From Azolla caroliniana (Eukaryota > Plantae > Polypodiophyta), in NCBI GenBank assembly GCA_043228905.1, contig JBHGNT010000001.1, positions 25,544,001 through 25,608,000 of the forward strand: DNA of 64,000 nucleotides, written 5' to 3'. How positions within the stretch are numbered: position 1 is the first letter of the stretch; each line of letters starts with the position of its first letter. Below the pieces are notes generated by a model. The model was not told the origin of the DNA. It saw only the letters and a program-made list of their open reading frames with translations, and ran no database searches. Below are positions 1 through 10,892 of this stretch, piece after piece. The position numbers and the translations under genes were made by a program.

Positions 1-86
1 CATTGCTCACTTACCACAATCCTCCAAACCTCATGCATCCTAAATCTAGAACACAAACCCCTCACATTCCATGTGGTGATCTTCAT
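1..86 (-). CDS. Start of L1-type LINE ORF2 (APE endonuclease N-terminus); runs off the window
   Basis: Minus strand from ATG at 86 reads MKITTWNVRGLCSRFRMHEVWRIV, the canonical xxWNVRG start of LINE endonucleases. The ATG overlaps the ORF1 stop (ATGA, 86-83). Confidence 0.8.
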   Translation of the reverse strand, partial: MKITTWNVRGLCSRFRMHEVWRIVVSEQ

Positions 87-1504
87 ACTTTATTTTTTCT
101 TTTTATTCGAGAAATCTCTTTCTCCTTCACTACTAATGTTTCTGCCATATCCTGAAATAAATCCCCTAAGATTGCATATAAATTACTATGAGAATGCAAA
201 ACTCCAGACCCTGATGGCGCCTCATGTGAACGAGGCACCGATTTCTGTTTATTCCAAGGAACATACAAATTACCTTTATTATCAAAAGATAATTTCTTTG
301 GATAGTCCTCTTGACGAGCCCATGGTTTATTCCGCATGGGATTTGTTTGTTGAATCTGTGTGCCCTTCTCCATAGATACATTATGTCCAACATTCTTATT
401 AGACTTCTTCATCTTTCCAGAAACTATTGACCATTGTCTTTCATCCTCTAGAGTCTTTCCATCCTTCTCATTCACAATTTGTGGTTCCTTTGTTTGCTCT
501 GAAATTGTCAAAGTTTGAATCTGATCATGATTTATAGTCTCTTCATGTACCACCTCCACCACATTATTTCTTTTTTGAGGACACTCAGCCATAAAATGCC
601 CCAACACACCACAATGGAAATAATGTCCTGCAAATGTACCCCATTTAAGCTGAATATACATAGGTGGCATACCAGAGCATGCAATCTGTAAACAACTTGG
701 CCTCTTTATAGCAGTATTCCAAAGAATACACATTTGATATCGATTTTAAGCATTAGCACTAGGAGGCACCAAGATCTTTCCCAACTTTTCCATCGCAGAC
801 CGTAATATTGGCCAAACCACTAAATATGTGCACTCTACCTCAACCCATACGGGACACTCTTGCTTTAATATATCTTGGTATTCCACTAGTGGCCTCCACG
901 GAACAATATGAACCAAACTTTTGTCATAAAAAACTGGCAATTTATTTAGTAATTTCTCTTTATACTCTTGTGATACCAAAACAACCTCATAAAATCCACG
1001 AGGAACGACATAAACATCCTGAACACAATCAGCTTGTAAAATCCCACGTAACCATTGTTTGACCCTCCAAAGGAAAGGTATCTTCCCCATGAAAAACAAT
1101 ATGACCCCTTCATCACAGAAATTAGCAAATGAGCCCAAAAACTCCTTATTGTCAATTTCTACCTTAGCCACTTCATCGTCAACAAACTCCTCAGCAACTT
1201 TCACATTCTCCCTTATACAATCTTCCATTAATATATTTTCCATGCATCTTAAATGTTCCTAATGACTATCATCTTTCTCAATATTATCTTGTCGCATTGC
1301 ATCAACATAAGACATGTCATTACTATTATCTCCAATACATCGTTTTCTTTTACCATCCCCTCTTGGGCTCGAAACTAACTCAACCATGCATGCATCCTTT
1401 GCAGAATTTGGAGACTCATCCATATTCATGAAAACACTATCATCCATATGACAAGAATTAGGAAAGAACTCACTTACAAGTAATTGTGTTGGAGAAGGAG
1501 TCAA
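83..1504 (-). pseudogene. L1-type LINE ORF1 (DUF4283-like region plus degenerate zinc knuckle), disrupted
   Basis: Consecutive minus ORFs 1259-1504, 746-1243 (RGFYEV...PWRP...PVWVE...LGKIL) and 83-733 (YFHCGVLGHFMAEC, decayed CCHC), directly followed by the ORF2 start. Confidence 0.75.
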
Positions 1505-1708
1505 AGCAAGCGATCATGAGATGCATGCAACCGAATTGAATTTTTACTCGTAGCGTTCTACCAAGACCCCCAAATGATACGTGCAGATACTTTTTAGAAA
1601 ACTCTCCATGCAAGCTTCGAAACGAGCCAAAGAACAAAGGAAACGGACACCGTAGCAAGAAGATACATCAAAAATAGTGTTTTTCCTTCTCCAACATCTC
1701 CCAAATTT

Positions 1709-1710
<2 letters not shown>

Positions 1711-1761
<51 letters not shown>
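1711..1761. repeat. (CT)n microsatellite
   Basis: Pure CT run directly before the solo LTR. Confidence 0.95.
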
Positions 1762-1765
<4 letters not shown>

Positions 1766-2213
1766 GGGAAACAGGTCCCTCCGGATGGGAAGGGATAAGA
1801 ACAGTGCCGATGAACAAACTCGGCCGAGGCCGAAACCGGATGAGGAGGACCCGGCTACGGAGAGCCGGATGGTGCAGACCCGGTATGAACCGGATGAGGA
1901 GTACCCGGCTACGGAGAGCCGGATGATGCAGACCCGGTATTAACCGGATGATGAGTACCCGGCTACGGAGAGCCGGATGGTGCAGGCCCGGTGAGAACCG
2001 GATGAGGAGCACCCGACTACGGAGAGCCGAATGATGCAGACCTGGTGAGAACCGGAGGAAGAGACATATTCGTAAATATGTTTTTGAGAGCCCATCGAGG
2101 CTATATTTGTAAATAGCCGAAAAGTCATATTAGTATAAATATGACTTAGGGCAAACTTTTAGATGTTGTTGTCATTCTTGTTGGTAAAAGTATAGCGAGA
2201 GCACGTAACTGTG

Positions 2214-2252
<39 letters not shown>

Positions 2253-2533
2253 GTCGTTGCCTCTATTATAACCGCCGCCTGTGGCAAAGATCTGTGAGCA
2301 CGAGGTCGTTGCCTCAGTGAACTCATTGTTGTACATTCTTACATAGTGACAGTTTGCAGCCTGTGGGCTGCCGTGGTTTTTCCCCTAGTTTGGGGTTTTC
2401 CACGTAAACCTCCTGTGTACCTTTTTTTCTCTCCTTTGCGTCGCGTGTTTTTTTTTGTTTCCTGTTTTTTGTGTATGAAAAGAATCTCGGTTGTGGCCGA
2501 GCGTCGTGGATAAGGAGCGTTGAGTTCCCGTCA
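1762..2533 (+). mobile_element. Solo LTR related to the Copia LTRs at 21694/26420
   Basis: TGTTGGG...CCCGTCA ends, with TCTCT on both sides (1757-1761, 2534-2538). Shares blocks with the Copia LTR: TTGTAAATAGCC..AAAGTCATAT..AATATGACTTAGGGCAAAC, CCGCCGCCTGTGGC and CTCGGTTGTGGCCGAGCG. Confidence 0.88.
1834..2056 (+). repeat. 54-bp tandem repeat (about 4 copies) inside the solo LTR
   Basis: Unit CCGGATGAGGAGNACCCGGCTACGGAGAGCCGGATGRTGCAGACCCGGT...AA; appears as an 18-aa repeat in ORF 1668..2012. Confidence 0.9.
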
Positions 2534-2666
2534 TCTCTCTCCTTCCTTTCTCATCATCTCATATATTTTCCTTATTTCCCCCTCAATCTTAACTCCCCTT
2601 TTAATATTTCCCCTCATTTTACATTTCATATCCTAACTCTCTCTTTTCTCCTTATCCCTCCTTAAC

Positions 2667-2770
2667 ATTATTTACATAATGTATTACTCACTATACCTCC
2701 TTATAAGGAGACCCGTCACCCACCACATTTGAAGTTGTGGGAAGAGGACCCTCACATGTGAGGTTACTCT
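2667..2770 (+). repeat. About 100-bp dispersed repeat, second copy inverted at 46794-46890
   Basis: ATTATTTA..ATTAC..ACCTCCTTATrAGGAGACCC..CATTTGAAGT..TGGGAAGAGGACCCTCA is shared with the reverse complement of 46794-46890. Confidence 0.7.
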
Positions 2771-3390
2771 CCTAAATTAAACCAATGAAAAGAGAAAGAG
2801 CAATATTAACGAGAAGGGTGATGACAAATACATCTATAAGTACATACTCACATATGTGCATGGAAAACACATATCTACCTATTGCTCTCATTTTAAGCAT
2901 TAGTTCTCATTTTATATTGCTACTAATAAATGCAATGTTCGTTCCCCATGAAATTGCACCCACATCACGAGAGGGTAAGGGAGTTGGTCTAGTCCAACTC
3001 TCAACATTTACTATTGGAATGCAAATATACTATATACCAATTATTGTCTTCAAATATATGATCCAGGAATGTATATGCATGGACTATAAAAATTATATAT
3101 TCATGCCTATATATATATATATATATATATATCTCTTTATATATTTTTTAATTTCTCTCTCTCTCTCTCTCTCTCTCTGTAAGTTCACTCCGGCCATCGT
3201 TTTCCACGTTCTATAGCTCGTACTGAATTCCGTTACCGTGGCGAGAAGTAAGGAGCATTTTCATCCGCAACCATCTTTGCCCCACGGTTCCTCAAACGGA
3301 AGGTAGATTTTGAAGCCCTAAATCGAGTGAAAGGTACATTCTCTCTCCTTCCCTCTCTGTCTCTCTTTTCCCATAGAGTTTGTCCCTACA

Positions 3391-4249
3391 ATGGTAAATA
3401 CTCGTAAAACCGCCGCAAAGTTAGGGGGTATGATTGATAATGAGCCGAGATCACCAACAAATCTCGATTCTAATGCAATGGACAAAATGCTTATGAGTCA
3501 CTTGATTTCTCTTCAAGAAACCATAAACAAGCAAGGTGAAGAGATTAGGACGTTAATGAAAGAGAATACTAAGCTCCAAAGTGTTGTCATTGAGAATGAA
3601 AGTCTTAAACAAGTGGTTGCAAAACTTCAAGAAGAGATTCAAGAATGTAAAAGAGCTTCATGAGCACCTTAACAAGATTGAGTTAAAGGAAGCATTAAAA
3701 GAAGAAAAATTGGACACGATGAGGTGGGGTGTAAGTGAGATGAAAAATGTATGTACAACGAAGTCATGGGCCGATGTATGTGGCGGGGATGTGCTATCAA
3801 ACTCATCTAATATGCATGTGATGCATCAAGAGAAGAATATAGAAAGCATAGATGTCCGAGAATTGAAAGAACGTGAACGACGATCAAAGAACATTGACGT
3901 CCGTGGGATCAAAGAAGAGAGTATGGAAACACCCGCATCCCTTGGAAAGGCCATTGGCGAATTTTTTAGCATGCATTATGGGATGTCAGATGTGAATGTA
4001 TATGGGGCACACCGAGTTGGGAAACATGGTGTTACTCGCTCCAGAGAAAGACCTATTGTATGCACAATGACAGATGATACAAAGCGGTGGATCATACTCG
4101 AAAATAGTTGGGTATACCTCAAAGGTACACAATGCTTTGTGAGTGAAGATCATATTATCTCACAACAAAATGCTCGTCGTAAAGCATATGAAGAAAGATT
4201 GAAAAATAAGGTTAAGGATGTGCCTAAAGATGGAAATGTAGGCAAATAG
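3391..4249 (+). pseudogene. LINE ORF1 (coiled coil plus RRM-like), one frameshift near 3660
   Basis: MVNTRK... coiled coil, then RERRSKNIDVRGIKE...AHRVGK...RPIVC...VSEDH motifs typical of LINE ORF1 proteins. Confidence 0.75.
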
Positions 4250-4255
4250 GGACAC

Positions 4256-7200
4256 GTGATCTATGAGACTAACTCACGCCTTTTACGACTATGCTTTTGG
4301 AATTGCAATGGATACCCATGGAATGCGGGATTTGGCATAGAGGAGTTCATCGATGACTCGGATATCACACTTCTTGTTGAAACATGGGAGCATGATACTC
4401 AAAGGATTCAAGTTTTAGGAAACTATAATGTACACTCTTTGATATGGAAGAAAAATCCAAGACAAAGAAGAGGACAAGGAGGGGTGGGGATTGGGAAGGA
4501 AATAGAGAAATATGTGTCAATCATAAAAAATGATGAAAATAAATGCTACATATGGCTCAAAATAGAAACACCTAATGATTTGCCCACTTTTGTAGTCGGA
4601 TGTTACATTCCTCATCAATATTCTAACTTTTATGCTTGTTTGGATAAAGATCAACCGTTTGCCAATCTAGAAGATGATATTGCTTATTTCGAATCCAAAG
4701 GGGAAGTTATTGTCTTTGGTGACATGAATGCTCGCACAAGAAGTTTCCAACTTGATTCACAAGAATCTTTCATGCCACATATCTCAAGGATGCAAGAGGA
4801 TATGCAAATGTATAACCGCTCTTCTAGCGATGAAAAAGATCCGGACCAATTTGGGAAGTTACTCCTACAAATGTGCAATAGTACCGGATTGCTTATTGTA
4901 AGTGGTATTTCCTTTTGGCCCAACACTAATGGTTTTACATGTAGAAAACACAACGGAAATAGTGTGATTGACTATGTGCTACTTTCCGAAGGTATTTTGG
5001 ATCGTATACATAAATTCTCACTTGGTGAATGGACACCGGAATCCGATCATAGGCCTTTATGTATTGATCTCAAGTGTATGCATAGGTTTGATTGTGAGAA
5101 GGAACAACCGCACTTGAGCATGAACCTTAAGCGAGCACCCATGTATTCCAAGATGGTTGAGGATATGTTGCAAATGACGAAGATACAACATGGTGCCACA
5201 CTAGAATGCAAATGGGAAGCTTTCAAGAAAGTCATTCTCTCATGTACAAACAAATGTTTTTCAACCAACCGCACATCTTGGAAATGCACCAAGAAACTTA
5301 GGAAAAAATGGTTTGATAAAGAATGTCGTGAAGCTCGAAAGTGCCTTATGGTTTTGGATGTAGTTAAGGATAAAGAGAATTACCAAAAGCATTTGCATGA
5401 GTATAAAAGGCTTACTCAAAGAAAGAGAAGAATATGCGAAGTTACTCAACAATTTATCCAAACAGAAGAGAAAGCACATGCATGTGCTAAATTTTGGGGA
5501 AATCTAAAGGGAAAACGTGTTGAGAGTTATGGTGACTTAACTCTTCACGACTTGTCTATGCATTGTAAGAATTTATATGAGTTATTTCTTGCCGGAAAGA
5601 TGATGTGTTATGGTTCTCTTTCACATATGCCTCCCTTCTTTACAATTGAAGATATATGCATAGGACTTAAGAAATTGGCCTCTCAAAAGGCAAGCGATCT
5701 TCAATGTATAAAGGCTGAAATGCTCAAATGGATGGGAAAGGAAGCACATATATGGATAAGCAATATGTTTAATGATGCTTTGGAACATGGTATGTCGTAC
5801 GATTGGACTACAAATTGGATCAAACCTTTACATAAAGGTGGCGATATAAATAATGTAAACAACTATCGAACCATCATGGTTGGCTCATTAATGGCAAAAC
5901 TATTTGAATGTATAATGGAATCAAAGATAAGTGTATGGGCTGAAAAAAGTGGTAAGAGAGCTTATGGACAAGCTGGCTTTCGGAAACACCATAGCACCAT
6001 TGATCACCTTATCACCCTTCGAGTATTAATGGAGGAAAGTCACCTTAGAGGTAAAGGTTTATATTGTTGCTTTGTAGACTTCAAGAAAGCTTTTGATATG
6101 GTACCTCGTGAGCATCTTTGGAGGCGAATGGAAGAACTTGAGGTGCCAAGTGAATATATGTTTGCAATTTCACGAATTTATGAGAAGGTTATATGTTGTG
6201 TGCGCATGAGAGATAAACTTTCAGATTTTTTCAAAAGCACTATTGGTGTTAAGCAAGGATGCCCACTCTCACCAACACTATTTGGTCTATGCATTGATGA
6301 ATTGGAAGAAATGGTTACCAAGTTTGCAAAGGAAGAATGTGTTAAAGAAGTTGCCATTAGGAATGTTGTGATTATGCTTTTGCTATATGCAGATGATGTA
6401 GTGCTTTTTGCAAATACTTTAGGAGATGCACAAAAGCTTATGAAGGCATTGGAAAAAATTTGAATGCATACTAAATTAAGTGTCAATAGCTCTAAAACAA
6501 AGATTATGCTTGTGAAGAGCCAAAAAAGAGATAAACCATGCATTATGTACAACAATGAGCCACTTGAATGTGTGGAAAGCTTCAAATATCTTGGCCTTGA
6601 AGTTCCTTCAAATCATAAATGGAATGAATGTGCTACACGTCGCTTAGAGGCAGGCAAGCGAGCATACTATGCATTTGAGAACACATGCAATCTTGGAGAT
6701 ATTAAGTGTTGGGTCCTCAAGAAATATCTTTTCGACACTTCGGTGACACTGGTTCTTCTTTATGGGGTGGAAGTATGGGGCGGTAGCATCCCTAAATCTA
6801 TGTGGAAAGAGTTTGAAAATGTCCAAAAGCATTTTCTTACCAAGTTTCTACAAGTTAAGAAACAAACGCCCTACACCCTCCTCCTCCTTGAGATGGGATC
6901 GCTTCCCATTGAGATCATGGCCATGGAAAGGGTTGTTGAATAAATGCTTAAGGTTTAAAAAAGTCCCTCACATCGACTTCCTAGAATTGTGTGGGAAGCA
7001 GCAAAAAGATCCAAAAGACGCATAAAAGCAAAATTTTGTGTTCTGGTTGGATGCAAGATATAGAAAAATGGTTTGGTAGATGGGATGCGAGACACTTGCT
7101 TCATGATGCATCATTAGATTCCTCTGTAAATGAGGCATTTTTGCAACACCAATGTATCATGACATGGGACAAATGTGGAGGCTCACGCTTCACACATTAT

Positions 7201-7606
7201 ACTACACATGTTGCATCTAACTACAAAACCATATTCTTTGCGGAACGGGGAAATCATACACATCCATACATGTTAGAGCTCATACCGTTATCTGCCATTC
7301 GAACCATTGCTTCCATGCGACTTAGCTCACATGCATTGCAATGTGAAATAGGGCGTTGGGGTACAAGTGATGAGAGTGGTTGGCTATGCACACTTTGCCC
7401 TAAACAAGTTCGTGAGTCTGAGTATCACACTTTGATACAGTGCTCTGCCTTTGATCATATTTGACCATGCTTTCCACATCTCTTCGATCGAGCCCAATCT
7501 TTGCATGAATTCCTCTCACAACCACAATGTGCACCCTCGATTGCAACATTCATTGGTAATGTTCTTGAACATTGAGAGTCACTACTCACTTTCACACGTA
7601 TCACGT
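4256..7606 (+). pseudogene. LINE ORF2: APE endonuclease, reverse transcriptase, C-terminal zinc knuckle; several stops/frameshifts after 6460
   Basis: FWNCNG, VETW, GDMNAR, IDY, SDH (APE); QAGFR, FVDFKKAFD, GVKQGCPLSP, YADD, FKYLG (RT); RLSSHALQCEIGRW...CTLC...ESEYH...C. Confidence 0.9.
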
Positions 7607-8083
7607 GAAATGTAATATTTTTGGTTTCATAGGTCATATTTGACCTCCGAAGACGATAATATAATCTATCTATCTATCTATCTCTTTTCGTCGTAAATCA
7701 ATGTTTGTTATTAAAATAAGATGATAATACAACCCTTGCTATCTTCACTACTTCATAAATAGTGATAGTGCCAAGGAAACCCTCTTAAGTGTTGTAAAAC
7801 TAGATGACATAAGTCCATCTCCTCTTGGGACAATGTCCCCATACAACATAGTTGTGAAAATTGCCAAATCTACTTCCCTTTCATCCTACGAAGTTGTTGT
7901 GTTACCCCATGAAGTCCATCAAATAAGAACCCATTTCTCATGGTCCAATTAAACTACATACCCCAATATCTAAGGTAGTAAAAAACAACCTTATATGATG
8001 GTGTGGGCATAACTTTATCCTCATCAATAAAAATCCACTTATAAGGTGACAAAATATTTCTTGTTATCGATGCCCAAAATATT

Positions 8084-8087
<4 letters not shown>

Positions 8088-8118
<31 letters not shown>
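8088..8118. repeat. (CT)n microsatellite
   Basis: Pure CT run directly before the LINE fragment. Confidence 0.9.
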
Positions 8119-8120
<2 letters not shown>

Positions 8121-9175
8121 GGTCATGTTTAGAGTATTTATGGAAGAGTCGGCTTACAAGGAAAAACACTTTATTGTTGTTGATTTCAAAGCTTTTGATA
8201 CCATACCAGAAAGCGAGCTTTGGAATAGAATGGTAGAGATTGACATGCCATTAGAGTACCAAGTTGTTGTTGCATGCCTATATGAACAATTTAAATGCCA
8301 ACTTAAAATGGATAGTGGATCCTCAAAGCACTTTTTAAGTAACATGGGGGTCAAACAAGGATGTCCACTGTCACCCACACTCTTTCCCTTATGTATTGAT
8401 AAACTAGAAAAAGTGGTGAATAAGGTTGCAAGAGAAGGATTGAATGCCCCCAAATTGATGCAACAACTTATCTTATTGCTTTTATATGCACATGATGTGG
8501 TACTCTTCTCATATGATGTTGATAGTACGCAACATTTACTTGGGGTATTAGAAGAATTTTGCCATAGTAGTGGACTAGCAGTGAATGTAAATAAAACAAA
8601 GATGATGGCAGTGCAAACCATCCAACCCCATCATTACCCTATGCTCACATATAGAGGTGAACATATAAAATTTGTTCAAAGCTTTAAATATCTTGGTATT
8701 GATGTACCCGCCACAAATAAATGGAGTGCATGTTTTGATTCTAGGCTTCAAGCTTGTTGGAAATCGTATTACCTTTTGGAGAGCTAACACAACCAAAATG
8801 ATACTTGTGGATGGGAAGTGAAAGTAATGTTGTTCAATGCCATGGTAACTCCAGTATTGCTTTATGGAGTAGAAGTATGGGGTGGCACCATCTCTCTTAA
8901 TGCAAAGAATGCGATTGAGAAAATTCAAAAGATGTTTTTGAGGAGGCAATTAGGAGTTAAATGCACTACCTCTTACCAAATTATGCTCTTGGAAACAAAT
9001 GTTTGGCCCATAGAGATATTGACACTCCAAAGAGTAAATATATACATTACAAAAGTCAAGAATATGCCGAATCATCAATTACCACATCTTGCTTGGAATG
9101 TTGGATGTTAGTTACAAAAGAATCATAAGAATAAAATTCTCTCATTTGGTTGAGTTGTTGACATAAGAAAATGGC
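8119..9175 (+). mobile_element. 5'-truncated, degenerate RTEX-like LINE fragment (RT)
   Basis: VDFKAFD, GVKQGCPLSPTLF, YAHD (decayed YADD), FKYLG, LLYGVEVWG; paralogous to about 6020-7070. Confidence 0.85.
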
Positions 9176-10130
9176 CTCTTTGTGGATGATAAAAAAAAAT
9201 CTAAAAATCTAAAATCTCTCATTCTCTCCGTGTGTCTATCTTGTCATGGGCTCGCCCTCTAGAAGACTCTCATCTTGATGGTCAAAAGAAGCTCCAAAAT
9301 ACGTTTTCAATTTAGGCTTAGCAAAGATAACAAGGATTGTTCTTTTCTCTTACCTCGTGGGATGGCTTCTATCATGCTAGTGTTTTTACATAGACAAAAA
9401 GGTCTAAATATGGTGGATATAGTTACTGGTATAACATTGACATATTTAGGTGTTTTGAGCATAACAAAAGTATTTCTGGAATACGACAATGTTGCCTCCT
9501 ACATTAGACTTCCAAGCATGGATGTTTCGGTTGATTGATGAAACAAATCCACATGTAGCTTATTGTGAACTAAACCATTTTTCTTTCAAATCAATGGAAA
9601 TGTTGAGGACAACAAACGATGATGTAAATTGATATTTTTTTTCGTAATCTTAGTGGTAAACTATTTGGTATTCGTTTGGAGGCTTTAGACTCAAATTCTC
9701 ACTTTCATGAATATGTCTTGCTTACATCAAATTGTTATCATCTTAATAATACAGATCGAATATCCTATCATAGAATACCCTTCACCAAAGATCGTGGTTG
9801 GAGATATGCTAATAGATTACAAACAAAGTAATTAGCTGATGGTCGAATCGACTACAATTATGGTTGAATTGGGTATGGTTCAATCGATTACAACCAAATC
9901 AGTTATACACAATACTGATAAAATCATTCCGGGTCCGGGGACGGCGTAGTGTCCGTAGGCGCGTCGGTACGTGGTTCCACTACCTGCTCAGGAGGGCTGC
10001 TTATGGCGTTGTTGGTTTCTTGTGTGGGCGGTCCGGGCTCTGTGGGCTCATCGTGTGCTATGGTGGTCGGTTCCGTCGTTGACGGGCTTGCGGTAGGTCG
10101 GGGTTCTGTCTCGTCCGTAACCTCCTCCGT

Positions 10131-10849
10131 TGTCGTGAAGAAAACCGCCCACAAGAGGAATCGGAGGAACAAGGCGTGGGAAACGGCTCTACGCACACAC
10201 GCGCGCCAAGAAGTACCTAAGGACGAAGTAGGTACATACGAGGATCCTAGGTGGGTAGATTCGGTTGGTATGCAGTTAATGCCAAACGGCCTCTTGACGG
10301 GCTATAAAAGGGAAGAGGAAGAATAGAAGTGGGTATCTCGCGCGGAGAGGACGAAGTGCTGCCGAACCGATTTCGGAGCTTCTCTCTCACCCCTGCTTTC
10401 TCTGTCTTCTGCTCCATCGCGTACCTGTGCAGGTTCCGAGGAGGCTTGCGCTGTTCCGTGGAACGCCCCGAGTGCGTCCTGCAGCACCTCCGACCTGTTT
10501 TCCCTTCCTGTGCGTCGCGACATACAGGGGTCGGCATCTGTTCGCCGCCCTGTTCGTTTTCGTTAGTATCTATTTCGTGCCCCACCGTGGGTTGTAATAC
10601 TTTAGTCTGTTATTTTCTTGCATTCATAAGTACATATCTTTCGTTGTTGCGTCCATCTGCGTCGGCGTTTATTTGTGATCTCTGTTTGTTGGGCCGTGTC
10701 CCTGTGCAATCGTCGGTTCTGCGCAATCGGATCTTCGGTTCTGTGTAATCGGGTCTCTCTCTCTCTTACTCCTCTCTCTCTTGCTCTTCGGTTCAAGACC
10801 CCCGTGGTCCCTCCTCCTTTCTACACGCAAGGGCGTAGTAACCCCGACA
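10131..10849 (+). repeat. 5' LTR (719 bp)
   Basis: TGTCGTGAAG...CCCCGACA; TATA box CTATAAAAG at about 10302; one visible mismatch to the 3' LTR (GGTTCCGAG vs GGTTTCGAG). Confidence 0.97.
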
Positions 10850-10852
10850 TCT

Positions 10853-10870
10853 TGGTGAACCCGACGTGAA
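10853..10870 (+). promoter_or_regulatory. Primer binding site complementary to tRNA-Trp
   Basis: TGGTGAACCCGACGTGAA is the reverse complement of the plant cytosolic tRNA-Trp 3' end (...TTCACGTCGGGTTCACCA), recalled from memory. Confidence 0.85.
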
Positions 10871-10892
10871 AGAGGCGGCAGAAGAGCAGGAA

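Larger units (their letters stand above)
3179..7683 (+). mobile_element. Near full-length non-LTR retrotransposon (RTEX/L2-like LINE), mildly decayed
   Basis: 5' UTR, ORF1, ORF2 (APE, RT, C-terminal Cys/His) and a (TCTA)n tandem 3' tail at about 7665-7683; starts right after a (CT)n run. Confidence 0.85.

Noticed and set aside
2785-3216. 143-aa ORF and other microsatellite-spanning ORFs (1677, 29158, 29307, 29327)
   Set aside because: Low-complexity translations of simple repeats; only 29529-29649 is a real exon.
7690-8085. Possible very old Gypsy RT remnant on the minus strand (LRGFLG-like)
   Set aside because: A single short motif; not enough to support a call.
10247-10869. Short ORFs inside the Gypsy LTRs (duplicated at 16696-17336)
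   Set aside because: No recognisable motifs; duplicated only because the LTRs are.
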